This document shows positions 19,556-30,597 of a DNA stretch of 64,000 nucleotides, in pieces; position 1 is the stretch's first letter; each line of letters begins with the position of its first letter. The position numbers were made by a program, and so were the translations under genes. The stretch is from NCBI GenBank assembly GCA_965279035.1, contig OZ257142.1, positions 3,744,001 through 3,808,000 on the forward strand. Reading direction: 5' to 3'. Below the pieces are notes generated by a model that had not been told where the DNA came from, did not search any database, and saw only the letters and a program-made list of their open reading frames with translations. This DNA is from Bacteroidia bacterium. Its GTDB lineage: Bacteria > Bacteroidota > Bacteroidia > M30B66.

Positions 19556-22192
19556 ATGGAAATTCCTACAAAATACACCCCTACAAGCACCGAAGACAAA
19601 TGGTATAAACGCTGGATGGATAGCGGATGCTTCCGTTCTGTTCCAGATGAACGTGAAGCTTTTACGATCGTCATTCCTCCACCAAACGTAACGGGTGTGC
19701 TTCATATGGGACACATGCTGAACAATACCATTCAAGATGTATTGATTCGACGTGCTCGTATGCAAGGAAAAAATGCTTGCTGGGTGCCTGGAACTGATCA
19801 TGCATCCATTGCTACTGAAGCAAAAGTGGTTAGTAAACTCCGTGCTGAAGGAATTGAGAAAAACAACCTTAGTCGCGAAGAATTTCTCAGCCATGCTTGG
19901 GAATGGAAAGAAAAACATGGAGGAATTATCCTCGAACAACTTAAGAAACTTGGGGCTTCTTGCGATTGGGAACGCACCAAGTTCACCATGGATCCGCCAT
20001 TAAGCGAAGCCGTTTTAGACGTATTCATTGATCTACATAAAAAAGGTCTTGTGTACCGTGGAGTTCGTATGATCAATTGGGATCCTTCTGCTCAAACTGC
20101 TCTTTCCGATGAAGAAGTAATCTATAAAGAAACTCCTTCGAAACTCTATTATGTTACATACTATACCGAAGACAAATCCGATTCGGTAACCATTGCTACT
20201 ACTCGACCGGAAACGATTTTGGGTGATACCGCCGTATGTGTGCATCCGGATGATGTGCGTTTTCGACATCTCGTTGGAAAAAAAATCATGGTACCACTTA
20301 TTCAACGCGCCATTCCAGTAATTGCCGATGAATATGTTGATCGCGAATTTGGAACAGGTGCGCTAAAAGTTACTCCTGCGCATGATGTAAATGACTACAT
20401 GCTTGGTATCAAGTACTCACTTCCTGTGATTGATGTAATTGCAAGCAATGGAACGATGAGTCAAGCCGCTACCTTATATATTGGGGAAGATCGTTTTGCT
20501 GTTCGTAAGCAAATTGTGATCGATTTAGAAGCAGCTGGTCATCTTTTGAAAACCGAAGAAATTATCAATAAAGTTGGTCATTCGGAAAGAACAGATGCGG
20601 TTATTGAACCACGCTTATCCTTACAGTGGTTTGTAAAAATGGGGGAAATGGCTCGTCCTGCTTTGGATGCTGTGAACTCAGGTGCTGTAAAATTATATCC
20701 TGCAAAATTTGTCAATACCTACCGCCATTGGATGGAAAACGTAAAAGACTGGTGTATTTCTCGTCAACTTTGGTGGGGACAACGTATACCAGCTTGGTAT
20801 GATGGACAAGGCGATTTTGTTGTTGCTAAAACTGAAGCTGAAGCTATTGCAGCCTATGCTGAAAAAGGGAAGACTTATACTACTGGCCAAATCCAACAAG
20901 ACGAAGATGTACTTGATACGTGGTTCTCAAGCTGGTTGTGGCCTATCTCGGTTTTTGATGCAGAATTTGTAAATAAAGCAAAGTCGGAGTGGAATGCCGA
21001 TTTGAAGTACTACTACCCTACTCATGATTTAGTAACAGCTCCGGAGATTTTGTTTTTCTGGGTTGCACGGATGATCATGGCAGGAATGGAATACACTGGC
21101 GAAGTTCCTTTTAGTAATGTGTATTTGACTGGTATTGTTCGCGACAAATTGGGACGTAAAATGTCGAAATCATTGGGGAATTCTCCTGATCCTATCGATT
21201 TGATTCATACATATGGAGCCGATGGCGTACGTATGGGAATGTTGCTCACATCACCAGCGGGGAATGATTTACCATTTGATGAAAGTTTGTGTGAACAAGG
21301 TCGAAATTTCAACAATAAGATTTGGAACGCCTTCCGTTTAGTAAATCAATGGGAAGTGGCTGATATAGAGCAACCTGAATCGGCAAAGCAGGCGATTGCA
21401 TGGATGAATGAACGTTTGAAAGAAGAAGTCGCCAATGTAGAGGAGCTCTTTTCAAAATATCGCATTTCAGAAGCCTTGATGAGTTTGTACAAATTGACCT
21501 GGGACGATTTCTGTGCTTGGTACTTGGAAGCTGTTAAACCGGCTTACCAACAACCTATCGATACGGCAACACTTGAATCGACCAAACGATTTTTTGAAGA
21601 TATTTTACGCTTGTTGCATCCATTTACGCCATTTGTAACCGAAGAGATTTGGCATTTCTTGGCAGAACGTGAAGAAGGTTCGTATTTGATGATGGATCGT
21701 CAGCCAGCTATTACACCTTATGATTCAAAACTAATTCAACAGTTTGAGCAAACCCGAAATACCATTGCGGCAGTGCGTAATTTTAGAAATGAAAAAGGAA
21801 TTTCACCCAAGGAAGCATTACAATTAAGTTGTAGCACACGAACAGCTTCAGCAGCTCTTCCTTTCATGGCCGTTCTTACTAAGTTGGCGAATATTTCGGA
21901 AGTGGATTATGTGACTGAAAAGCCAAGTGGTTCGTTTCAATTGATGGTAGGAACCGATGAGTTTTTCTTACCAGCTAACGAAAGCATGGATTTGGAAGCG
22001 GAACGAGAAAAGCTGGAAAAAGAACTGGTTTACACACGTGGATTCTTGGAATCGGTATTGAAGAAATTGCAGAATGAGCGATTTATGGCCAATGCCAAAG
22101 CGGAAGTGGTAGAAAGTGAACGGAAAAAAGAAGCAGATGCTATCCAGAAAATTAAAGCATTGGAAGAACAATTGAGCTCTTTGGTAAATTAA
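19556..22192 (+). CDS. valS: Valine--tRNA ligase
   Basis: [13 protein letters not shown] (HIGH-like), [16 protein letters not shown]-terminal coiled coil. Start at MEIPTK. Confidence 0.97.
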   Translation: MEIPTKYTPTSTEDKWYKRWMDSGCFRSVPDEREAFTIVIPPPNVTGVLHMGHMLNNTIQDVLIRRARMQGKNACWVPGTDHASIATEAKVVSKLRAEGIEKNNLSREEFLSHAWEWKEKHGGIILEQLKKLGASCDWERTKFTMDPPLSEAVLDVFIDLHKKGLVYRGVRMINWDPSAQTALSDEEVIYKETPSKLYYVTYYTEDKSDSVTIATTRPETILGDTAVCVHPDDVRFRHLVGKKIMVPLIQRAIPVIADEYVDREFGTGALKVTPAHDVNDYMLGIKYSLPVIDVIASNGTMSQAATLYIGEDRFAVRKQIVIDLEAAGHLLKTEEIINKVGHSERTDAVIEPRLSLQWFVKMGEMARPALDAVNSGAVKLYPAKFVNTYRHWMENVKDWCISRQLWWGQRIPAWYDGQGDFVVAKTEAEAIAAYAEKGKTYTTGQIQQDEDVLDTWFSSWLWPISVFDAEFVNKAKSEWNADLKYYYPTHDLVTAPEILFFWVARMIMAGMEYTGEVPFSNVYLTGIVRDKLGRKMSKSLGNSPDPIDLIHTYGADGVRMGMLLTSPAGNDLPFDESLCEQGRNFNNKIWNAFRLVNQWEVADIEQPESAKQAIAWMNERLKEEVANVEELFSKYRISEALMSLYKLTWDDFCAWYLEAVKPAYQQPIDTATLESTKRFFEDILRLLHPFTPFVTEEIWHFLAEREEGSYLMMDRQPAITPYDSKLIQQFEQTRNTIAAVRNFRNEKGISPKEALQLSCSTRTASAALPFMAVLTKLANISEVDYVTEKPSGSFQLMVGTDEFFLPANESMDLEAEREKLEKELVYTRGFLESVLKKLQNERFMANAKAEVVESERKKEADAIQKIKALEEQLSSLVN

Positions 22193-22286
22193 ATTCGATT
22201 AGAAAATTGAAAGCATCCGAATTACTTTGATGTAAAACGGGTGCTTTATTATTTCAACACATTTGCAAGAACTCTGTTTTAATAGC

Positions 22287-23117
22287 ATGAAAATAGGTTT
22301 TTCTCCTTGTCCGAACGATACCTTTATTTTTGATGCCTTCATCAATAAGAACATACAGCCTGAGCTTCATTTAGAACCTTATTTAGCAGATGTTGATGAG
22401 TTAAATCGAAATGCAATTGCAGGAAAATTAGAGATTAGCAAGATTTCTTTTGGCGTTTTAACGGCAGTTTCGGAACAGTATCAAGTGTTAGATGCGGGAA
22501 GTGCTTTGGGATTTGGATGCGGTCCATTGCTTATATCACGTGAACCAATCTTAGCTGAAGCGGAAAAAATCAATCCCTTAAAAATTGCTATTCCTGGGAA
22601 AAGTACAACAGCGAATCTTCTTTTAAGTATGGCATTTCCAGCTGCACTAAACAAGGAAGTGTATGTTTTTTCGGATATTGAAGAGGCTGTTTTGAGTGGT
22701 AAAGTAGATGCGGGTTTGATTATACACGAAAACCGATTTACCTATCAGAAAAAAGGCTTGCACAAAGTGATTGATTTGGGAGCGTATTGGGAAGAGCAAA
22801 CCGGTTTACCTATTCCTTTGGGATGTATCGCAGTTAAACGTAATCTGCCAGAAGAATTAAAAAAGAAGATTGGATTGGCCATTCGTAAAAGTGTGGAAAT
22901 GGCCTTTGCAAATCCAGAAGGAACGATGAAGTATGTAGCTGCACATGCGCAAGAAATGGAAACAGATATAATGAAACAGCACATTGCACTATACGTGAAT
23001 GAGTTTAGCGTTTCGTTGGGAGAGAAAGGCAGAGCAGCGATTGAACGCTTAATGCTAGAAGGAAAAAAGGCTGGATTAATTCCGGAAATTAGGCAATCTC
23101 TTTTTGTTGATCCATAA
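22287..23117 (+). CDS. mqnD: 1,4-dihydroxy-6-naphthoate synthase (futalosine menaquinone pathway)
   Basis: GFSPCPNDTFIF, ALGFGCGP, IIHENRFTY, PIPLG, HIALYVNEFS. Confidence 0.92.
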   Translation: MKIGFSPCPNDTFIFDAFINKNIQPELHLEPYLADVDELNRNAIAGKLEISKISFGVLTAVSEQYQVLDAGSALGFGCGPLLISREPILAEAEKINPLKIAIPGKSTTANLLLSMAFPAALNKEVYVFSDIEEAVLSGKVDAGLIIHENRFTYQKKGLHKVIDLGAYWEEQTGLPIPLGCIAVKRNLPEELKKKIGLAIRKSVEMAFANPEGTMKYVAAHAQEMETDIMKQHIALYVNEFSVSLGEKGRAAIERLMLEGKKAGLIPEIRQSLFVDP

Positions 23118-23436
23118 AAGCAAATGGAGGCAATAGAATTTCGACGACCGCTCGTGTTGCAATAGCTCCAAAAAGATGAGGAAAGAAGCCCGATCCATCG
23201 TCGGCAGCTTCATAAATAAGTGGAACATTGATTAAGGTAGTATCGATTTTAAGGATACAGACTTTATTGATGTTTTTGGAGAAGAACCGTTTGAGAGTGG
23301 CAGGGAGTTGTTCATAACGTGAACAATGAATATATCCTTCGTTATCGAGAGAACTTGATTCGTATTCGGGAAGTTCGGATTGAGAATTCCAATCGGAAGT
23401 ATTTGCAATGTGGTAAATAAAACGCGGTGCTGCCAT
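23089..23436 (-). CDS. DUF952 domain protein
   Basis: IYHI...SLDNEGYIHCS...FPHLFG. Start codon uncertain. Confidence 0.85.
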   Translation of the reverse strand: MAAPRFIYHIANTSDWNSQSELPEYESSSLDNEGYIHCSRYEQLPATLKRFFSKNINKVCILKIDTTLINVPLIYEAADDGSGFFPHLFGAIATRAVVEILLPPFAFMDQQKEIA

Positions 23437-23590
23437 GTTGATTTGCATTGCAAAATTAATGAAAGCAGCGAGTTTATTCATAGAATCTCAATTTAAATAT
23501 GAACTGAATTTTAGAAATTCCAGGTTTGTTTTTCTCATTATTCGAGTGATTTTTTTTAAGACTTACTAGATGATTTATATGAGTGGAATA

Positions 23591-23730
23591 TTGCAAAAGC
23601 GATTGGAAGGGAAGCGCCAAAGGCGATTGTGCAAAGCACCGGAGCGTATGCGTAGCCCTGAAAAGCGCGGTGCCAGCATGTACTAAAAAATCGCATTGAG
23701 CAAAAGAATTCTATGCTGGCATTTGCCCAA
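23591..23730 (+). ncRNA. Flavo-1-like structured RNA/repeat, copy B (divergent)
   Basis: TTGCAAAAGCGAT...AGCGCGG-GCCAGCAT/ATGCTGGC hairpin-ATTTGCCCAA, with compensatory changes relative to copies A and C. Confidence 0.5.
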
Positions 23731-23822
23731 GTAAAAGAGTTTATCTGTAAGTTTCGAACTCAATACGTAAGAACCCAAAATTGGAGCGTTCGTAGAAGGC
23801 GCTAAACTTTAATCTGCTACCC

Positions 23823-25007
23823 ATGAGTAAATTCCTTACGCGAATTTTTGTAGTCGAAGACAATGAGTTCTTCAGCCAGTTGATCAAGCAAAAGCTGGAA
23901 ATGAATGATCAAAATGAGGTAACGCTTTTCCATAATGGAGAAGATTTTAGAAGTAACCTGCATTTAAATCCTGATATCGTTGTTCTGGATTATAATTTAC
24001 CGAATACAACAGGAATTGATTTATTGAAAGAAATCAAGAATTTTAATGAGGAGATAAAAACGATTTTGCTTTCGGGACAAGAGAAAGTGGATATCGTGAT
24101 TGAGGCATTTGAAAATGGTGCCGAAGAATATATTAAAAAGGACGATAATGCACTTCAAATGCTCGATTTGAAGGTTCAGAAGCATAGCGGAAGTGTGAAT
24201 TTGAGAAAAGAAGTTGATACACTTCGTGAACAGATTATTGATCGAAATCGCTATGACCGCATTATTGGAGAAAGTCAAGCCATATTAAAAGTGCTTCGTT
24301 TGATTCAAAAGGTGGAGAAAACTAATATGCTTGCCTTGATTACTGGCGAAAGTGGAACCGGAAAAGAATTGGTTGCATCGGCGATTCACTATAATTCGGC
24401 AAGAAAAAATCGTCCATTTGTAGCTGTGAATGTGGCTGCGATTCCGGAAGATTTGATGGAAAGTGAATTATTCGGACATGAGCGCGGCGCCTTTACAGGA
24501 GCGGATAGCAAGCGTATTGGTAAATTTGAAGAAGCCAATGAAGGCACTATTTTCCTCGATGAAATTGGGGAAATGGATATACACATGCAGACTAAATTAT
24601 TGCGTGTATTGCAAGAAAGTAAAATCACTCGATTGGGTTCGAATAAAGAAATTCCTTTGAATGTTCGTGTGATTGCTGCAACAAATAAAAATCTCGCACA
24701 ACGCGTGAAAGACGGGAAAATGCGTGAGGATTTGTACTATCGTTTACAAGGATTTTTGATTCATTTACCACCGCTCAGAGAACGCGATAATGATATTTTA
24801 TTGTTGGCGAAAAGCATGCTTCGAATTTTTTGTGATGCGAATCGAATGCCTGTGAAAAGTTTTTCTTCGGATGCCTTAAAAGCGATGATGAAGCATCCTT
24901 GGAGCGGGAATGTCCGCGAGTTAAAAGCATTTATAGAACGAGCAGTATTGATTTCTGATAATGATATTATTGAAGAAGAAGATTTGATTTTTTCGCAGGA
25001 TATTTAA
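23823..25007 (+). CDS. Sigma-54-dependent response regulator (receiver + AAA+), lacking the C-terminal HTH
   Basis: VVEDN / VVLDYNLP receiver domain; GESGTGKE, ESELFGHERGAFTGA, FLDEIG, REDLYYRL, WSGNVREL. The ORF ends right after the AAA+ domain. Confidence 0.92.
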   Translation: MSKFLTRIFVVEDNEFFSQLIKQKLEMNDQNEVTLFHNGEDFRSNLHLNPDIVVLDYNLPNTTGIDLLKEIKNFNEEIKTILLSGQEKVDIVIEAFENGAEEYIKKDDNALQMLDLKVQKHSGSVNLRKEVDTLREQIIDRNRYDRIIGESQAILKVLRLIQKVEKTNMLALITGESGTGKELVASAIHYNSARKNRPFVAVNVAAIPEDLMESELFGHERGAFTGADSKRIGKFEEANEGTIFLDEIGEMDIHMQTKLLRVLQESKITRLGSNKEIPLNVRVIAATNKNLAQRVKDGKMREDLYYRLQGFLIHLPPLRERDNDILLLAKSMLRIFCDANRMPVKSFSSDALKAMMKHPWSGNVRELKAFIERAVLISDNDIIEEEDLIFSQDI

Positions 25008-25029
25008 TACGTTTTTTTTAAAATCTCAG

Positions 25030-25063
25030 TCCCTAGTAAATTAATTTTTACTGGGGATTTTTT
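25030..25063 (+). terminator. Probable intrinsic terminator after the sigma-54 activator
   Basis: TCCCTAGTAAA / TTTACTGGGGA stem followed by TTTTTT. Confidence 0.65.
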
Positions 25064-25194
25064 ATTTCTAGAGATCGCCAAAAAAATAGAATTAAATACA
25101 ATGAATGCCAATTTTAAATATCTGATTTTCAAAAAGATAATCTCCTGAAAATTGAATTATTCCATTACATTTATTAGATATTAAATCGATAAAA

Positions 25195-25617
25195 ATGAAA
25201 AATCAATTGGATAATAAAACGATTGGAATTTGGATGGATCATCATGAGGCAAAATTGATGTTGCCCAATGATTCACATTTAAGTAAGGAAGAGATTCTTT
25301 CGGATCATGATAGCAGAATTCGAATTGATGGTGAGTCGGGCGATGGGATGAAGTTGGGATCGAATCGTTCGACCAATAATGAATATTCGAAACATCAAAT
25401 TGAGCAACATGATATTCACGCTTTTTTCAAAAAGATAGCCGATCGTGTTGAAGCCTTTGATCGCATTTACATTTTTGGACCAACTACTGCTGCCAGTGAG
25501 TTTCAACATTTTTTAGAAGGAGAAAAACGATTTTCGAATACACTTATTTCAACAAGTAAAGAAGATTATTTGACTGATGTTGAAATTCGAGAAAAGGTGA
25601 ATTCAAAAGTCTGGTAA
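25195..25617 (+). CDS. Conserved hypothetical protein, possibly eRF1/host-attachment-like fold
   Basis: GIWMDHHEA N-terminus and IYIFGPTTAASEF resemble bacterial eRF1-like proteins. The fold assignment is inference. Confidence 0.55.
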   Translation: MKNQLDNKTIGIWMDHHEAKLMLPNDSHLSKEEILSDHDSRIRIDGESGDGMKLGSNRSTNNEYSKHQIEQHDIHAFFKKIADRVEAFDRIYIFGPTTAASEFQHFLEGEKRFSNTLISTSKEDYLTDVEIREKVNSKVW

Positions 25618-25714
25618 GTATTTTAGGAATTCACAAGATGAATTTTTTCGAATAAAAAACCCCTGATCTTTCGGAGGAGGGCCTTGGATCAGGGGTAAAC
25701 GTGATGGTTTGGAT

Positions 25715-26197
25715 TTACATTTCATCCTCTGGTGGAGGCGGGCCTTTGTGACCTGATTGTTTCATTCGTTTGAGAAGCGTCAATTTAAAATCGTGTTCTG
25801 CTTTATAGAGAAGTGCTATTTTTCGAGCTGGAATAACTTTCTTTAATTCTGCTTGGTATTTCCGGTGGAGATCAGTGATTTTCTGTTGATTTAAAATATC
25901 GTCTTCCAGTGCTTTTTCAACTTCTTTATCATTCATGCTCATCAGGTTTTCGTTTGTTGAGCGTCGAAGCTTGTTCATGTCTTTTTTTACTCGATCAAGC
26001 TCATCGGTAAATTGATTATAAACGGGCCAAAATTTCTGTGCTTCATCGGGTGTTAGAGCTAATTTTTGTGTGATAAAAGCGATACGTTGTGCTTTTATTT
26101 TTTCTCGTATGTTGTCTTTTTGTGCAAGTGCCGGAACACTTAGCAATAAGAGTAAAAGGAAAAGTGGAGATTTCATGTGATGGTATTTTAAATTCAT
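25715..26197 (-). CDS. Periplasmic Spy/CpxP-like helical protein of an ECF sigma operon
   Basis: Signal peptide; KIKAQRIAFITQKLALTPDEAQKFWPVYN. Third gene of the ECF operon, with an ATGA overlap. Confidence 0.75.
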   Translation of the reverse strand: MNLKYHHMKSPLFLLLLLLSVPALAQKDNIREKIKAQRIAFITQKLALTPDEAQKFWPVYNQFTDELDRVKKDMNKLRRSTNENLMSMNDKEVEKALEDDILNQQKITDLHRKYQAELKKVIPARKIALLYKAEHDFKLTLLKRMKQSGHKGPPPPEDEM

Positions 26198-26652
26198 TCG
26201 GTGATATAAGAATCATCCATATCGTGATCCCTTAAGTATGATCTTATTGAATCATTTTCTGATGAATTCAGTTGCGATGTGTCGTTAGAAATTGCCATGT
26301 CGGTGCTTTCTAGTATGTCGTCTAATTCTAATTCATCGATAAATCCTTCTTGGTAAACGTAAGTTGAAATTTCATCATCGGTAAGTGGATCGGCTGGTCC
26401 ATTTAACAATCGGTATCCAAAAACACCAGCGATAACAAGCATTACAGCGGCTGCTAAAAGTGGAGCAGGTTTTAATAGGGATGGAAATGGGAACCGTTTT
26501 ATTTTGTTCTCTTCTTTGATCCGTTCTTCGAGCTTTGCTGGAAAACGGTCGAAGTATCCCTCGGGAACCCTAAATGGATTGCCTTTGGGCAGTCCTTCAG
26601 GAAAATAATCCGGTGTTTCTTCGTTGTTCATTTGCGCTTCTGATTGGTTCAA
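26194..26652 (-). CDS. Putative anti-sigma factor (single TM)
   Basis: NPFRVPEGYFD motif, one TM helix, acidic C-terminus; directly downstream of the ECF sigma gene. Confidence 0.7.
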   Translation of the reverse strand: MNQSEAQMNNEETPDYFPEGLPKGNPFRVPEGYFDRFPAKLEERIKEENKIKRFPFPSLLKPAPLLAAAVMLVIAGVFGYRLLNGPADPLTDDEISTYVYQEGFIDELELDDILESTDMAISNDTSQLNSSENDSIRSYLRDHDMDDSYITE

Positions 26653-26663
26653 TATCGTTTGGT

Positions 26664-27212
26664 TTAATCTTGCTTCATAAATTCTTCAATCTTCTTTACA
26701 GCATGGTGAAATGAGGCTTTTAAAGCGCCGACAGAAGTGCCCAAAATCTCTGACATTTCTTCGTATTTCATTTCTTCAAAATATTTGAGATTGAAAACAA
26801 GACGTTGTTTATCGGGTAAAGTCAAGATGGCTTGTTGCAATTTCATTTGAATGCGTTCGCCACTGAAATAGGTGTCTGTCTCTAAATTCTGAGAAAGTTG
26901 ATATTCTACATCTACCATTGGTACCATGAACCGTTTCTTTTTATTGTTTAGAAACGTGATGCATTCGTTGGTGGCAATCTTATATAGCCAAGTATATATT
27001 TTTGAGTCCTCGCGAAAATTATCGAGTGCTCTAAATGCTTTGATGAACACGTTTTGAAGTAAATCATCGGCATCGTCGTGGTCGAGCACCATTTTGCGAA
27101 TATGCCAGTATAAGCGTTGTTGATATTGGCGCACGAGCAGGTTGAACGCATGATTTCGCGTTGCTGCTTTCGCAAATAAATCCAATAATTCCCGGTCGCT
27201 TAATTCTTCCAT
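26664..27212 (-). CDS. ECF-type RNA polymerase sigma factor
   Basis: DADDLLQNVFIK, TWLYKIATN, LPDKQRLVF, YEEMSEILGTSVGALKASFH. Confidence 0.93.
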   Translation of the reverse strand: MEELSDRELLDLFAKAATRNHAFNLLVRQYQQRLYWHIRKMVLDHDDADDLLQNVFIKAFRALDNFREDSKIYTWLYKIATNECITFLNNKKKRFMVPMVDVEYQLSQNLETDTYFSGERIQMKLQQAILTLPDKQRLVFNLKYFEEMKYEEMSEILGTSVGALKASFHHAVKKIEEFMKQD

Positions 27213-27242
27213 AGGATAAGACTCCGGTCGAGCTTCGAATGC

Positions 27243-28202
27243 TTATCGACGACGAATGGCAGATTCTGCGGCTTCGATGATGTTTACAGTATCTAAACCG
27301 TATTTCACCATCAATTCTTCAGGGGTTCCACTTTCGCCGAAGCTATCGTTTACAGCTACCATTTCCAACGGTCTTGGTAAAGTGCGGGAAAGTAGTTGTG
27401 CTATACTATCCCCCAATCCTCCATTTCGTTGATGTTCTTCGGCCGAAACTGCGCATCCGGTCTTGCTGACCGACGCAATGACTGCCTCTTCATCGAGTGG
27501 TTTAATTGTATGAATATTTATTACTTCTGCATCGATTCCTTTCTCCCACAAAGCTTCTGCAGCTTTTAATGCTTTCCAAACCAAATGACCTGTTGCAAAA
27601 ATGCTTACGTCTTTCCCTTCTTTCAGAATCAGTGCTTTTCCAATTTCAAACTTCTGATCTGCAGGTGTGAAGTTAGGCACTTTGGGACGCCCAAAACGTA
27701 GATAAACTGGACCTTCATAATCGGCAATGGCAATGGTTGCAGCTTTGGTTTGGTTGTAATCGCAGGGATTTATCACCACCATGTGAGGCAACATTTTCAT
27801 CAAGCCAAGATCCTCGAGAATTTGATGTGTTGCGCCATCTTCACCCAAAGTTAAACCGGCATGCGAGGCACATATCTTTACATTTTTCCCTGAATAGGCA
27901 ACACTTTGACGAATCTGATCATACACGCGTCCAGTTGAAAAATTTGCAAATGTTCCAGTAAATGGAATCTTTCCTCCAATGGTTAATCCGGCTGCCATTC
28001 CAATCATATTGGCTTCTGCAATTCCTGCTTGGAAGAATCGCTCAGGAAATTCTTTAACGAAGGCATCCATCTTTAACGAACCAATTAAATCGGCACAGAG
28101 TGCTACAACATTTGGGTTACTTCGTCCAAGTTCTAAAAGTCCTGCTCCAAATCCAGAACGTGTATCATTTTGATCGGTGAAAGTAAAAGGTTCCATAAGC
28201 AT
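27243..28202 (-). CDS. Transketolase, C-terminal subunit
   Basis: GIAEANM, RVYDQIR, GEDGATHQ, GPVYLRFGR, HTIKPLD, EEHQ. Confidence 0.93.
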   Translation of the reverse strand: MLMEPFTFTDQNDTRSGFGAGLLELGRSNPNVVALCADLIGSLKMDAFVKEFPERFFQAGIAEANMIGMAAGLTIGGKIPFTGTFANFSTGRVYDQIRQSVAYSGKNVKICASHAGLTLGEDGATHQILEDLGLMKMLPHMVVINPCDYNQTKAATIAIADYEGPVYLRFGRPKVPNFTPADQKFEIGKALILKEGKDVSIFATGHLVWKALKAAEALWEKGIDAEVINIHTIKPLDEEAVIASVSKTGCAVSAEEHQRNGGLGDSIAQLLSRTLPRPLEMVAVNDSFGESGTPEELMVKYGLDTVNIIEAAESAIRRR

Positions 28203-29722
28203 TATTTTAAAACAACCTGTTGAGAGGTTCCTGGTTGAACGATGAAGTTTTTTTCAATAGTGAATAATGTTTCTCTCACCCCTTTTCCGCGAAACACTGC
28301 CTTGTATTTTCCGGGTTGCAATCGAATGACTTCTTGCTGAGAATTTTCACTCAAGTTGCACACCCAAACCATTTGTCCTTTTTCTTCCATTAAAATGCTT
28401 GCAACACCTTGCAATGGAAGTTGAAAATTGACAGTTCCTGGCTCATCTATTTTTACTGTTGTTGTGTGACTTTGAGCAATATCGACAGCTTTCAAATTCG
28501 TACGTGGAAGCGTGAGTATTTCGAGATCATATTTCCCAACAATCAACTTGCGTGTGTCTTTGAACGACATAACATCCAAAGTATTCATATCTCCCGCTTT
28601 ACGAATGATACACTGCAAATCGCGGTAAGTCATGCCTTCGCCTGCTTTGAGATTTAGAAATCCTTGGGGAGCATCAATGGGAATGATGGTGTGTTTTCCA
28701 GCAATAAGCTGTACATCTTTTTTCTCTACAGGAGGCAATGTATGCACGACAATGCGATAGGTATTTAAACCATCAATTCGTAATGTATCGGGTACGCCTC
28801 GGTTGTTCATTGTGTGAACAAAATTGTAACGTACTAGATTGGTCTTTTGATCGTAAAAAGTCATTGCCACATCGGTTTCGGTAGGCTTGCCGCTTTTATC
28901 CAATAAACTCACCTGGCAGGTAGTTGTGTTCATTACTTGGGTAATGATGATATTCAAAACTTGCTTGAATGAGCTTTCGCTGGAAGCATCGTAAAAATTC
29001 CCAATACAATTGAACGAATTGGTGATTTCAGGATCCATTTTCCCAACGCCTACAATGAAAGGACGAAGCACGATTCCTTTGCTTTGAAGTGCAGCCGAAA
29101 TTGCACAAGGATCGCCTCCACATTCTTCTTTTCCATCGGTAATGAGCAATACGATGTTGCGAGCTTTGGTATCTGGAAAATCTTTTGCGCAAGCCTCGAG
29201 TGAAAGGGCAATGGGTGTAGTGCCACTCGGTGTTAATTTGTTGAGTTTATTCTTAATCAAGTAACCGTTATCACGAGCAAATGGCACCTCGAGTTTGGTA
29301 TCGTCGCAATCTTGTGGTGGATATTTTTTTTGATGTCCGTAGCAACGAAGTGCTAGTTGAACATTCGGTTGGCGACCCAGACTATCGACCATCGAGCTCA
29401 CCAACTTCTTAGCGATGTTGTATTTTGAATCGCTTTCCCAAATACCAAACATGCTATTGGAGCAATCGAAAATGAGCAAAATGCGTGTGAGCAGCGGAGG
29501 AGCGGGCGCTGTTATAACTGGTTTTGCAGTAGTTCGTGTTTGTGCTGGAGAAAGAAAAGGGATTAGTATTAGAAGGAAGCCAAGGCTTAGGGATAGAAAT
29601 GGAAAGCGTTCTCCCTTTTTTGGGGAGAACAGCTTGGAATGAATAGCCCGATCCGCAGGGGAAGCCCCAAGAAATCCTGGAGTTTCCTTTACTGAATTAA
29701 GATGAAGGGCTTTTTTTAACAT
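28202..29722 (-). CDS. Exported von Willebrand factor A domain protein
   Basis: MIDAS motif DCSNS, GTTPIA, LLITDGKEECGGDPC; hydrophobic signal segment ending SPAQ. Start uncertain. Confidence 0.85.
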   Translation of the reverse strand: MLKKALHLNSVKETPGFLGASPADRAIHSKLFSPKKGERFPFLSLSLGFLLILIPFLSPAQTRTTAKPVITAPAPPLLTRILLIFDCSNSMFGIWESDSKYNIAKKLVSSMVDSLGRQPNVQLALRCYGHQKKYPPQDCDDTKLEVPFARDNGYLIKNKLNKLTPSGTTPIALSLEACAKDFPDTKARNIVLLITDGKEECGGDPCAISAALQSKGIVLRPFIVGVGKMDPEITNSFNCIGNFYDASSESSFKQVLNIIITQVMNTTTCQVSLLDKSGKPTETDVAMTFYDQKTNLVRYNFVHTMNNRGVPDTLRIDGLNTYRIVVHTLPPVEKKDVQLIAGKHTIIPIDAPQGFLNLKAGEGMTYRDLQCIIRKAGDMNTLDVMSFKDTRKLIVGKYDLEILTLPRTNLKAVDIAQSHTTTVKIDEPGTVNFQLPLQGVASILMEEKGQMVWVCNLSENSQQEVIRLQPGKYKAVFRGKGVRETLFTIEKNFIVQPGTSQQVVLK

Positions 29723-29751
29723 GAGTATCTGAAACGATTTACTAGGCTGGC

Positions 29752-30597
29752 TTAATAATCACCGAGGGTTTCCTCTAGTTGTCCGAGTGCCAGTGCCAAT
29801 TGTTCATCGTTAGGTGCTACACCATGCCATTTATGTGTCCCCATCATGAAATCAACGCCTGACCCCATCTCAGTTTTCATAAGAATAACGACAGGTTTGT
29901 CTTTTCCAGTATGTGCTTTCGCATCATCGAGTCCACGAACAACGTCTGCCATATCATTTCCGTTCATCGAAAGAACAGTCCAGCCAAACGCTTCCCATTT
30001 TCCACGAAGATCACCAAGAGAAAGAACTTTCTCCGTAGGACCATCGATTTGTTGTCCATTCACATCTACCGTAGCAATGAGATTATCTACCTTATTTGCT
30101 GCTGCATACATGGCTGCTTCCCAAATCTGACCTTCTTGCAATTCGCCATCACCATGTAAGGTATAAACCAATTGCTTGTCCTGATTGAGTTTCTTTGCTA
30201 AAGCAGCTCCAATTCCCATGGACAAACCTTGACCAAGAGAACCAGATGCAGCACGAATTCCTTCTAAGCCTTCTTCGGTTGCTGGATGTCCTTGTAAACG
30301 GGAGTTAAGCTTTCGGAACGTTTTTAGTTCGGAAACAGGAAAATATCCGCTACGTGAGAGTACGCTATACCAAAGGGGTGAAATATGTCCGTTGGATAAG
30401 AAAAAAAGGTCTTCTCCAATACCATCCATAGAAAATGGTGAAGGCTGATGTTTCATCGTGTGGAAATACAGCGCCACCAGATAATCGGTGCAGCCAAGAG
30501 AACCGCCCGGGTGACCAGAATTAACAGCATGTACTTGACGGAGAATGTCGCGTCGTACCTGAGAAGCAGTACGTTGAAGTTCGGAGATGGAAGCCAT
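29752..30597 (-). CDS. Transketolase, N-terminal (TPP-binding) subunit
   Basis: SGHPGGSLG, LSNGH, LQGHP, GSLGQG, GDGELQEGQIWEA. Start at MASISE. Confidence 0.93.
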   Translation of the reverse strand: MASISELQRTASQVRRDILRQVHAVNSGHPGGSLGCTDYLVALYFHTMKHQPSPFSMDGIGEDLFFLSNGHISPLWYSVLSRSGYFPVSELKTFRKLNSRLQGHPATEEGLEGIRAASGSLGQGLSMGIGAALAKKLNQDKQLVYTLHGDGELQEGQIWEAAMYAAANKVDNLIATVDVNGQQIDGPTEKVLSLGDLRGKWEAFGWTVLSMNGNDMADVVRGLDDAKAHTGKDKPVVILMKTEMGSGVDFMMGTHKWHGVAPNDEQLALALGQLEETLGDY

